From assembly GCA_963805975.1 (NCBI GenBank), contig CAWDVR010000001.1, positions 64,001 through 128,000 on the forward strand: a stretch of DNA of 64,000 nt, read 5' to 3'. The notes below the pieces were generated by a model that was not told the DNA's origin, made no database searches, and saw only the letters and a program-made list of their open reading frames with translations. Below are positions 28,963 to 37,563 of this stretch, piece after piece. Positions within the stretch are counted from its first letter, which is position 1. Each line of letters begins with the position of its first letter. The position numbers were made by a program, and so were the translations under genes. The DNA is from an uncultured Acidobacteriota bacterium. Its GTDB lineage: Bacteria; Acidobacteriota; Thermoanaerobaculia; Multivoradales; SZUA-115.

Positions 28963-31203
28963 TCAGCCGGTCGGCGCCCCCACCGCCCAAAGCAGGAAGG
29001 CATACTCCATGGCGAGCTCGGAGAGCGAGCCGTAGCGGCCCGAGGCGCCGGCGTGGCCGGCGCCCAGGTGGGTCTTCAAGAGCAGCATGCGGTCGCCCTT
29101 CCGCGTGGCGCGCAGTTTCGCCACCCACTTCGCCGGCTCCCAGTAGGAGACCCGCGGGTCGTTGAAGCCCGCCGTCACCAGCAGGTGCGGGTACTCGACC
29201 GGCGCCACGTTGTCGTAGGGCGAGTAGGCGCGCATGGCGTCGAAGAAGGCGGGCTCGTTGGGGTTGCCCCACTCCTCGTACTCGGGCACCACCAGCGGCA
29301 GCGTGGGGTCGAGCATGGTGTTCATCACGTCGACGAACGGCACGCGCGCGATGGCGGCGCGGAAGAGGTCGGGCCGCAGGTTGACCACCGCGCCGACCAG
29401 CAGGCCACCGGCGCTGCCGCCGGAGATGGTGAGCCTCTCCGGCGTGGAGTAGCCGGCGCGCACCAGCCGCTCGGCGGCGGCGACGAAGTCGGTGAAAGTA
29501 TTTTTCTTGGCGAGGAGCTTGCCGCTGTCGTGCCAGGTCTCGCCGGTCTCGCCGCCGCCCCGCACGTGGGCGATGGCGAAGCAGAAGCCGCGGTCGAGGA
29601 GCGACAGCCGGTTGGGGTTGAAGACCGGGTCGGTGGGGGCGCCGTAGGCGCCGTAGCCGGTGAGCAGGCAGGGCCCCGAGCCGTCGCGCGGGCGGTCCTT
29701 GCGGTAGACGACCGAGATCGGGATCTCGGTGCCGTCGCCGGCCCGCGCCGAGAGCCGCTCGGTGAGGTAGGCGGCCGGGTCGTAGCCGCCGCGCACCGTC
29801 TCCTGCTTCCGGAGCTCGCGGGTGCGCGCCGCCATGTCGTAGTCGAAGACCGTGCCCGGGGTCACCATCGAGGTATAGCGGAAACGCAGCGCCGAGGTCT
29901 CGAAGTGCTCGTTGGCCCCCGGCCAGACGGTGTAGACCGGCTCCGGGAAATCGACCTCGTGCTCGGCGCCGCTCGCGAGATCGCGCACCAGGATGCCGGC
30001 GAAGCCGCCGCGGCGCACGAAGACCGCCAGGTGATGAGCGAAGACCTCGAAGCCGGTGAGGGCGAGATCCTCGCGGGCGGGGATCACTTCCTGCCAGCGC
30101 GCGGGGTCGAGGTCGGCCTCCGGCACGGCCAGCAGGCGGAAGTTCTTGGCGCCGTCGTTGGTGCGGACGAAGAACGACTGGCCGTGGTGCTCCAGCCAGT
30201 ACTCGACCCCCGGCCGCCGAGCCGCGAAGAGCTGCAGCCTGGCCGTGGGCTGGTCCGCGGGCAGGAAGCGCCACTCGGAAGTGGTGTTGCTCATGCCGCC
30301 GAGGAAGATGACGCGGCCGTCCTTGCTCCGCGTGACGTAGATCTCGAAGGCGGCGTCGGTCTCCTCGTAGAGCAGCACGTCGTCGCCGGGCCGCCCGCCC
30401 AGCGGGTGGCGGAAGAGACGGTAGGGCCGGTGGGCCTCGTCGTGGGTGACGTAGAAGAGCGTGCGGTTGTCGTTGGCCCAGGCGAGGCCGTAGGCGGCGC
30501 CGCTGATCTCGTCGGCCAGGAGCTCGCCGGTCGCGAGGTCCTTGACCCGCACTGTCAGGTACTCCGAACCGTCGTCGTCGAAGGCATACGCCAGGAGCCG
30601 TCCGTCCGGGCTGACCTCGGAGCTGCCCAGGGAGAAGTACTCGAGCCCTTGGGCCAGGGCGTTGACGTCGAGCATCACCTCTTCCGGCGCTTGCGGCTCG
30701 CCGGCGCGGGTGACCCGCCGACGGCAGAGGATGGGGTACTCACCCCCCTCTTCGTGGCGGTCGTAGTAGTAGAACCCGCCCTTGCGGTAGGGAACGGAGA
30801 GGTCGGTCTCCTGGATGCGCCCGACGAGCTCCTGGTAGAGCTGCTCCTCGAGAGCGCGGGTGGGCTCCATCACCGCCTCGGTGTAGAGGTTCTCCTGCTC
30901 GAGGTAGTGGGTCACCTCGGGGTTCTCGCGCTCGCGCAGCCAGCCGTAGTCGTCCCACAGCGTGCGGCCCAGCACCTGGCGCGAGGTTGGCACCACCTTG
31001 GCAATGGGTGGGAGCGGCGTGCCGTCCGCGGCGCGCCGGAAGGGCACGGTGGGCGCGGGTGGCGGTGGAGCCGGGAGGGCCGCGGCCGGCACGGGCGCCA
31101 CCGGCGCGGCGGGCGCGGGCGGTGCGGGAGACTGGCAGGCGAGGCTGAGGGACAGACAGACGACCAGCAGGAGCGGCAGGCGCCGGCTCGGAGCGAGAGA
31201 CAT
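28963..31203 (-). CDS. ptrB: Oligopeptidase B (S9A), predicted lipoprotein
   Basis: DDYGWLR, HVRGGGE, GGSAGG nucleophile, DPRV, GH; lipobox LSLAC and Pro-rich linker. Confidence 0.9.
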   Translation of the reverse strand: MSLAPSRRLPLLLVVCLSLSLACQSPAPPAPAAPVAPVPAAALPAPPPPAPTVPFRRAADGTPLPPIAKVVPTSRQVLGRTLWDDYGWLRERENPEVTHYLEQENLYTEAVMEPTRALEEQLYQELVGRIQETDLSVPYRKGGFYYYDRHEEGGEYPILCRRRVTRAGEPQAPEEVMLDVNALAQGLEYFSLGSSEVSPDGRLLAYAFDDDGSEYLTVRVKDLATGELLADEISGAAYGLAWANDNRTLFYVTHDEAHRPYRLFRHPLGGRPGDDVLLYEETDAAFEIYVTRSKDGRVIFLGGMSNTTSEWRFLPADQPTARLQLFAARRPGVEYWLEHHGQSFFVRTNDGAKNFRLLAVPEADLDPARWQEVIPAREDLALTGFEVFAHHLAVFVRRGGFAGILVRDLASGAEHEVDFPEPVYTVWPGANEHFETSALRFRYTSMVTPGTVFDYDMAARTRELRKQETVRGGYDPAAYLTERLSARAGDGTEIPISVVYRKDRPRDGSGPCLLTGYGAYGAPTDPVFNPNRLSLLDRGFCFAIAHVRGGGETGETWHDSGKLLAKKNTFTDFVAAAERLVRAGYSTPERLTISGGSAGGLLVGAVVNLRPDLFRAAIARVPFVDVMNTMLDPTLPLVVPEYEEWGNPNEPAFFDAMRAYSPYDNVAPVEYPHLLVTAGFNDPRVSYWEPAKWVAKLRATRKGDRMLLLKTHLGAGHAGASGRYGSLSELAMEYAFLLWAVGAPTG

Positions 31204-31302
31204 CGGTTGGGTTCTCCGTGTGAGTGAATGAGACGGCGAGAAGGGGGGCGCGAAAATCGTAACACAGAGGCCTTGCCGCGAAAGCAGGGGGTAAGATCGA
31301 AA

Positions 31303-31381
31303 CCGAGTGGATTCCCGCTGGCGCGGGAATGACGATCCGGCTTCGCTCCGGTCATTCCCGCGCCAGCGGGAATCCACTCGG
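31303..31381. repeat. Inverted REP pair with ATTCCC-N8-GGGAAT core
   Basis: 31303-31333 and 31351-31381 are exact reverse complements (31 bp), 17-nt spacer; same family as 8325-8414. Confidence 0.92.
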
Positions 31382-31421
31382 CTCCGGGTTCAAACCAGCA
31401 AGCTGTCGAGGAGCTTTCTTC

Positions 31422-33086
31422 ATGAGCATCGAGCCGCGTTCCAAGAGCCTTCCCGCCCGCCATGTGTGGGCTCATCTCCTGCTGGCTCTCGCTGTGTCGG
31501 CGATCGGCGTGGCAGTTGTCGGCCAGACCGCAGCCGCTCAGAGCTCCGCCGCCGAGACCCCACCCGGACAATTCGTCGAGGAGGCGCGGGTGACGGCCAT
31601 CGAGATTCCGGTGGCGGCGAAGAATCCCTCCGGGGCCGTTCCCGCCGAGCTCAAGCCGGAAGATTTCACGGTGGCCGAGGAGGGCGAGGTGCGGCCGGTG
31701 ACCCAGGTGGAGGCGATCGGCGGCGCGTCCGGCGTGCCCTGGCGGCTGGTGATCTACGCCGACCTCGCCACCGCCCGCGCCGCCAACCTGCAGGCGGCGG
31801 CGCTGTCGCTCGCCGAGCGGGCCGAGGCCCTGACCGCCCTGGGCGAGATCGAGATCTGGGTCGCCGACCCGGCTCCGATGCCGCTCCTGCCGCCCACCCG
31901 CGACCGCGACCTGCTGGGCAACGCCCTCGCCCGCTTGCTGCTCGAGTTCGACGCCAAGGACGAGGTGAACGAGCTGCGGCGCGGCGTGCTCGCGGCGCTC
32001 AAACCCCAGGCGGCCGGCGAAGCGGCCGCGATGCCTCCTGCCGAGCTGGTCCAGGGCGCGATCGAGGAGGAGGCCGCGATCGCCGAACGCAGCCGCGATG
32101 CGCTCCTCACCTGGGCGGCGCGCGAGCTGGGGAGCGGCCCGCGAGCCCTGCTGCTCCTGGGCGGCGGCTACGATCTCGACCCTGCCGCCTTCTACCGCAA
32201 GCGGGTACCGGAGCACGCGAAGGCGGCGTCGAACCCGGCCCCGGCCTCCGGCGGCGCCGAGACCCTGGCCCGCGCGCTCGCCGCCTATGGCTGGCTGACC
32301 TTCCCGCTCACCTACGAGCAGGCGCTCACCGGCCCCTCGAGCACCAGCCAGCAGTTCGAGGAGTTCCGGCGGCGCGGTCTCTTCGGCACCAAGGACACGG
32401 GGGGCGGCACGCTGATCGGCGGCACCGTGCCGCTGGGTGGCAAGTCCGCGGCGGACGCGGAGAGCGAGAAGCGGGAGAACCTGCTGCTCGCGGGCACGGC
32501 GCCGCTCGCCGCGCTGGCCGAGGCCGGCGGCGTCGAGCCCCTGGACGAGGCCAAGGATCTCGACGCCCTGGCCAAAGATCTCGGCTCGCGCAAGCTCGTC
32601 ACCTTCCAGGTCGAGCGCCAGCTCGACGGCCAGCTCCGCCGGCTGGAGGTCAAGCCGGCGCGCCGCGGCTGGGCGGTCGCCGGGCCGCGTTGGGTGCGCT
32701 CGTCCACCCCCGAGCCGGTCGCCGAGGCGCGGGTGCGGCGCATCCTGGTGGGTGAGCCGGAAGTGGGGGACCTCGCGGTCTCGGCCCGCTACCAGGACTC
32801 CGCGGACGGGCGCGCGGGAGGCACGCTCACCGTGCGCCTCGACCTCGCGGCCAAGGGCTCGCGCCCGCCGGAGCCGGAGCGGGCGGCGCTGCGGGTCACC
32901 GTCGCCTGGGGACCGGAGGACGGGCGGCCCACGTTCCAGCACAAGATCCTCCTCGGCCAGAACCTCACCGGCCCGGCCTGGAGCTACGAGCTGCCGCTGG
33001 CGCTGCCGCCGGGCACGGACTGGATCGTGGCCGTGGTCGAGGACCTGGCGAGCGGCGCCTGGGGCGCGAGGGACGTGGCGCCCTAG
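31422..33086 (+). CDS. Secreted VWFA-related (Acidobacterial-type) protein, divergent
   Basis: Signal peptide; FVEEARVTAIEIPV...LKPEDFTVAEEG, LAEAGG, DGQLRRLEVK, AVVEDLASG; parallels 47115-48800. Confidence 0.7.
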   Translation: MSIEPRSKSLPARHVWAHLLLALAVSAIGVAVVGQTAAAQSSAAETPPGQFVEEARVTAIEIPVAAKNPSGAVPAELKPEDFTVAEEGEVRPVTQVEAIGGASGVPWRLVIYADLATARAANLQAAALSLAERAEALTALGEIEIWVADPAPMPLLPPTRDRDLLGNALARLLLEFDAKDEVNELRRGVLAALKPQAAGEAAAMPPAELVQGAIEEEAAIAERSRDALLTWAARELGSGPRALLLLGGGYDLDPAAFYRKRVPEHAKAASNPAPASGGAETLARALAAYGWLTFPLTYEQALTGPSSTSQQFEEFRRRGLFGTKDTGGGTLIGGTVPLGGKSAADAESEKRENLLLAGTAPLAALAEAGGVEPLDEAKDLDALAKDLGSRKLVTFQVERQLDGQLRRLEVKPARRGWAVAGPRWVRSSTPEPVAEARVRRILVGEPEVGDLAVSARYQDSADGRAGGTLTVRLDLAAKGSRPPEPERAALRVTVAWGPEDGRPTFQHKILLGQNLTGPAWSYELPLALPPGTDWIVAVVEDLASGAWGARDVAP

Positions 33087-34219
33087 TTCCCCAGCTCCTT
33101 CTCGATCGTGTGGCCGTTGGCCCTTCTGACCTGGAGAAGAGGGCGGCCCAGGGGGCGGCCCAACACCGAGTGCTGCACCTGGATGCGGACGAAGATGTCG
33201 TTGTTGGCGCAGTCCTCGGGGAAGAACGAGGGCGCGTTGTCGAGATAGATGCCGGTGTGCACCCTGTACCAGTGGTTCACCTTCATCCGCTCGGTGACAA
33301 GGGAGAAGAACCCACCCCCCACGGGCTGACCTCCGCCGCCAGCGTTCCAGGCGATGAAGTAGTCGTTCCCAACCTGCGGCCCACCCACCGGTGTGGTCCC
33401 CGTGCCGGCGTAATCCAAGCGAAAATGGATCACGATCATGTCGAAAGCGGGGTTCAACAGGCTCAGGTAGTCGATGTAGCCCTGAATCTGGTTCGTGAAC
33501 TGAGTGGTGGGCTGGAACTTCAAGGTGTAGTCCTGAGCGATCCCGCCAGTCCCCTGGTAGAAGAGCATGTCTTCCAGCAGATCGGCGTTCCAGGGCGGGC
33601 AGCACGGGTCGAAGGAGGGGCACTCGAGCTCGAACTGCACGAAGCCGTTGTCGAAGTTGAGGTTGTTGTCCATCCGCACGATGAACGAGTAAATCTGGCC
33701 CGCGACGATCGGCGCCGTGAAGCTGACCGGTGTCCAGGGATCGGTCGCGGAGTTGCCAGCCGGTAGGCCGACCTGGTTCGTCTGCCCCACGATAGCTCCG
33801 GCGAGACCAACACCTTCTCGGAGTGTCACCTGCGCGGAGCCGGAGCTGTTGGCGCGCGTCGAGAAGTAGCCTCCGAACTCCACCTCCCCGGAGCATTGGG
33901 GTGTGAAGCTCTGATAGAAGTCGTTCGACCCGTTCGCGATGTCCAGATAGTGCTGTGCGATCCCCGGGCCCGGAGCGGAGGCGTCCGACTCGGGTCCGTT
34001 GCTGCCGTAGTTGCCGCCACCGGGGCCGTCGACCTTCACCACGTTCGAGTCGTCCCCTGACCCCAGCACCCAGGGCGAGATCGAGTGGCCGATGTTGTTG
34101 CCGAAGTTCGGTGGCGGGTTGGACTCGAAGTCGCCGTTCACCAGCACGTTCTGCTGGGCAAAGGCGGCACCAGCGAGCCCGAGGGCGATCACGACCGCTA
34201 CCAGCGTGCGCTTGACCAT
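33083..34219 (-). CDS. Secreted hypothetical protein, N-terminal carbohydrate-binding-like domain
   Basis: Signal peptide AFA-QQ; NVLVNGDFE start; RBS GGAGA; second domain from DPCCPPW unassigned. Confidence 0.7.
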   Translation of the reverse strand: MVKRTLVAVVIALGLAGAAFAQQNVLVNGDFESNPPPNFGNNIGHSISPWVLGSGDDSNVVKVDGPGGGNYGSNGPESDASAPGPGIAQHYLDIANGSNDFYQSFTPQCSGEVEFGGYFSTRANSSGSAQVTLREGVGLAGAIVGQTNQVGLPAGNSATDPWTPVSFTAPIVAGQIYSFIVRMDNNLNFDNGFVQFELECPSFDPCCPPWNADLLEDMLFYQGTGGIAQDYTLKFQPTTQFTNQIQGYIDYLSLLNPAFDMIVIHFRLDYAGTGTTPVGGPQVGNDYFIAWNAGGGGQPVGGGFFSLVTERMKVNHWYRVHTGIYLDNAPSFFPEDCANNDIFVRIQVQHSVLGRPLGRPLLQVRRANGHTIEKELGN

Positions 34220-34364
34220 GGCTTTCTCCCTTCCGTCAGTGGACGGCACAAGATCGTTTCTGTGCTCTCGTCGATAGACGAACCGGCTGCGCCATTCCCC
34301 TCACTTCTGGGTTCGCGAGCCGTTGTAAGCAATGGCGAAGGTGCCGCTGCGCTACACTTTCCCG

Positions 34365-34985
34365 GTGCCCAACCCAGAGCGGGTGACCGAGCTGCTCCAG
34401 GCTTGGAGGACGGGGGACCGCCAGGCGGAAGCCGACCTCCTGCCCCTGATCTACGACGAGCTGCGCTCGCGCGCCGCCCGCTACTTGAGGCGCGAGCGAC
34501 CCGACCACACGCTGCAGCCCACGGCCCTGGTCCACGAGGCGTACATGCGCCTGGTCGACCAGCGCGCCGTCGCCTGGCAGGACCGCACCCACTTCTTCGC
34601 CATCGCCGCCAAGATGATGCGCCGCGTGCTCCTCGACCACGCGCGCAAGCACGGCAGCGAGAAGCGCGGCGGTGGCCACCGGCCGCTGGCCCTCGAGGCG
34701 GCGGTCGAGGTGGCCGAAGACCTTCCGGCCCTGGCGCCGGCCGACCTCGTGGCCCTGGACGCGGCCTTGACCGCGCTCGCGGCCTTCGACCCCGAGCGGG
34801 CGCGCATCGTGGAGCTGCGCTTCTTCGGCGGCCTGACGCTCGACGAGACCGCCGCGGTGCTCGGCTGCTCGCCCGCCACCGTGATGCGGCAGTGGCGCAC
34901 GGCGCGCGCGTGGCTCTACGCGGAGCTCGAAGGGGACGGGGAGGCGCGACCCGCGGCCTCCGCCCCGCCGCCGCTCGATCCCTGA
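34365..34985 (+). CDS. ECF sigma factor, kinase-associated type
   Basis: VTELLQAW..GD, HTLQPTALVHEAY, ARIVELRFFGGLT, ARAWL. Confidence 0.92.
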   Translation: MPNPERVTELLQAWRTGDRQAEADLLPLIYDELRSRAARYLRRERPDHTLQPTALVHEAYMRLVDQRAVAWQDRTHFFAIAAKMMRRVLLDHARKHGSEKRGGGHRPLALEAAVEVAEDLPALAPADLVALDAALTALAAFDPERARIVELRFFGGLTLDETAAVLGCSPATVMRQWRTARAWLYAELEGDGEARPAASAPPPLDP

Positions 34986-35005
34986 TTTGGGCGAGAGCCG
35001 TTGCC

Positions 35006-36535
35006 GTGGACCCCGAGCGCTGGCGGCAGGTATACGAGCTGGTGGAGGCGGCGCTCGGGCGGGCGCCGGCGGAGCGCGGCGCCTTCGTGGCCGGGCAGAC
35101 CGCCGGCGACCCCGAGCTCGCGGCCGCAGTCCATCGCCTGCTGGCCGCGGACGAGGCGGCCGGCAACTTTCTCGAGCGGCCGGCAGCGGAGCTCGCCGGT
35201 CTCGCCGCCCCGCGTTCTCCCGTGCCCTCTGTTCCCGCGCTCCTTCCTGCCTGGATCGGGCGTTACGAGGTGTTGGAGAGGATCGGCGGCGGCGGTTTCG
35301 GCGAGGTGTTCCGGGCGCGCGACCCGGCGCTCAAGCGCGAGGTGGCGATCAAGACCTGCCGCTTCTCCACACCCGGGCTGGCGGAGCGCTTCGAGCGCGA
35401 GGCCGAGATCGCCGCGCGCCTCGACCATCCGAACATCACCGTGGTCCACGACGTGGGCGTGGACGCCGATCCACGGCTCGGCGCCGTGCCCTACCTGGTG
35501 CAGGAGCTGCTCGCCGGCGAAGACTTGAACCGGGTGATCGCGGCTCGGCGCCCGCTGCAGCTCGCGCAGCGTCTCGACGTGCTGGTGCAGGTGGCGCGCG
35601 GCCTCGCCTACGCGCACGAGCGCGGCGTGGTGCACCGCGACGTGAAGCCGGCCAACGTGCGGCTGCTGCCGGACGGCCGGGTCAAGATCATGGACTTCGG
35701 CATCGCGCGCCTGGCTGCCGGCGGCTCGCAAGGGACGCAAACCGGCGCGCTCCTGGGCACCGTGGCCTACATGGCGCCGGAGCAGATCGAGGGCCGTACC
35801 GCCGATCTGCGGAGCGACGTCTTCTCCTTCGGCGTGCTGGCTTACGAGCTCCTGACCTACCGGTGCCCCTTCGTGGCGGAGAGCGGCGCGGCGCTGATGT
35901 ACGAGGTGCTGCAGCGCGATCCCGAGCCGCTCACCGCGGTCTGGCCGCAGTGCCCGCCACGCCTGGCCGCGATCATTGCCCGCTGCCTGGCGAAGAGCCC
36001 GGCGGCGCGCTACGCCTCGGCCGCGGCGCTCGCCGCCGAGCTCGAAGCCGCCGCCGCGGCGCTCGATCCGGCGCTCGCGGGCGCGGCCTTCGAGCCCTCC
36101 GAGAGCCCCACGCTCCTCGTCCGGCGCCCACCGCGGCAGGAAGCCATGGCGCGCCGGGTGCGCTGGGCAGTGGCTGCCGCCGCAGGGCTCGGGCTCCTGG
36201 CGGTGCTGCCTTGGACGCTACGCTCGCCGAGACCGGCGCCCGAGAACGCGACGCCGGCCCTGGCACCCGGCCGGGTGTCGATCGACGCCCGGCCCTGGGG
36301 CCAGGTGGTGCGCTTGACCGACGCCCTGGGGCGTGAGCTGCCGCTACCGCCCGAGCGCTTCACGCCGCTCGCCGTCACCCTGCCGCCCGGCCGCTACGCG
36401 ATCGAGCTCGCCAACCCGCGCTCGCCCGCCACGCGCCGCTGCGAGGTGGAGGTGCCGGCGGGGACCAGCGTCGCCTGCCGCGCCGAGTTCGCGCGCGTGG
36501 ACGCGGCGGCTTTCATAGAGCAGGTGGGGTTCTGA
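35006..36535 (+). CDS. Membrane Ser/Thr protein kinase with C-terminal PEGA-like domain
   Basis: GGGGFGEV, VAIK, HRDVKPAN, DFG, YMAPE; TM helix; IDARPWG...LPPGRYAIEL; GTG start. Confidence 0.9.
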   Translation: MDPERWRQVYELVEAALGRAPAERGAFVAGQTAGDPELAAAVHRLLAADEAAGNFLERPAAELAGLAAPRSPVPSVPALLPAWIGRYEVLERIGGGGFGEVFRARDPALKREVAIKTCRFSTPGLAERFEREAEIAARLDHPNITVVHDVGVDADPRLGAVPYLVQELLAGEDLNRVIAARRPLQLAQRLDVLVQVARGLAYAHERGVVHRDVKPANVRLLPDGRVKIMDFGIARLAAGGSQGTQTGALLGTVAYMAPEQIEGRTADLRSDVFSFGVLAYELLTYRCPFVAESGAALMYEVLQRDPEPLTAVWPQCPPRLAAIIARCLAKSPAARYASAAALAAELEAAAAALDPALAGAAFEPSESPTLLVRRPPRQEAMARRVRWAVAAAAGLGLLAVLPWTLRSPRPAPENATPALAPGRVSIDARPWGQVVRLTDALGRELPLPPERFTPLAVTLPPGRYAIELANPRSPATRRCEVEVPAGTSVACRAEFARVDAAAFIEQVGF

Positions 36536-36539
36536 AGCC

Positions 36540-37439
36540 ATGAGGCGCCGGCTGGTCCTGGTGCTGGCGCTCCTCTCCTGCGCGCTGCCGGCAACGGCCG
36601 GCGACTACCGCCGCAGCTATCTCGACGGCGTCAAGGCGCTCGAGCGCGGGCAGTGGGCCGAGGCCGCGCGGCTGCTCGGCGCCGCCGTCGCCGAACGGCC
36701 ACAGGAGCAGGCCCGCGCGCGGCTGGTCGGTGCCATCCCCGAGCCTTACCTGCCGCACCACTACCTGGGCGTCGCCTACTTCAACCAGCAGCAGTGCGAG
36801 CAGGCACTGGCGCACTGGGAGATCTCCGAACGCCAGGGCGCCGTCCGCTCGCTCGCCGATCTCGTGGCGCAGGCGAGACGCGGCCGTGCGACCTGCGAAG
36901 CCCGGCTGGCGACGCCCACCGATGCCGAGAAAGCGCCCGAGGCCCCGGGCCCCGAGGTCGCGGGCCCCGAGGTCGCGGCGCGCGACCAGCCGGCGCGCCC
37001 GGAGCCTGCGGCAGGCGATCCGGCTCCGAGCCCTCCCGCCACGCCGCCCACCGAGACACCTGTGGGCTCGGTGCCGGAGCCTGCCGCCGCTTCGCCCGCC
37101 ACCGCCTCGCCCGCGCCGATCTCTACTTCGCGCAAGCCCCCGCTGCCGGCCGGCGTGCTCGAGGCGGCGCAGGCCTACTTCGACGGCGACTACCGGCGTG
37201 CCGTCGAGCTGCTCGAGCGTCCGGCGCCCGGCGCCGCGGAGCGGGCACGTTTCTACTCGGCGCTCTTCCGTTCCGCCGCGCGTCACGCCCTCTTCCTTCT
37301 GGGTGGCGAGACGGAGAGCGACCTCCTCGCCGCCGCGGTCGAGGACTTGCGCGAAGCCCGCCGCCTGAACTCCTCCTTCGCGCCGCACCCGGATGCCTTC
37401 TCGCCGCGCTACGTCGAGCTGTTCCGCGAGAACCCGTAG
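36540..37439 (+). CDS. Secreted TPR-like protein with Pro-rich linker
   Basis: Signal peptide; YLPHHYLGVAYF, AYFDGDYRRAVELL, FSPR; 4 bp after kinase. Confidence 0.75.
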   Translation: MRRRLVLVLALLSCALPATAGDYRRSYLDGVKALERGQWAEAARLLGAAVAERPQEQARARLVGAIPEPYLPHHYLGVAYFNQQQCEQALAHWEISERQGAVRSLADLVAQARRGRATCEARLATPTDAEKAPEAPGPEVAGPEVAARDQPARPEPAAGDPAPSPPATPPTETPVGSVPEPAAASPATASPAPISTSRKPPLPAGVLEAAQAYFDGDYRRAVELLERPAPGAAERARFYSALFRSAARHALFLLGGETESDLLAAAVEDLREARRLNSSFAPHPDAFSPRYVELFRENP

Positions 37440-37563
37440 CGGGCCGCCCTGCTCCCACAGAGGGAACGCTCGAGGTCCGCAGATCAGCCTGGACGCGGAG
37501 ACGCGGGCCTCCGTATGTCCAATCAGCATTTCCGTTAGTCTCGACAACCTCAGGAGGTCTTCT

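Noticed and set aside
36947-36976. 15-bp tandem duplication (GPEVA x2)
   Set aside because: Ordinary slippage in a Pro-rich linker.
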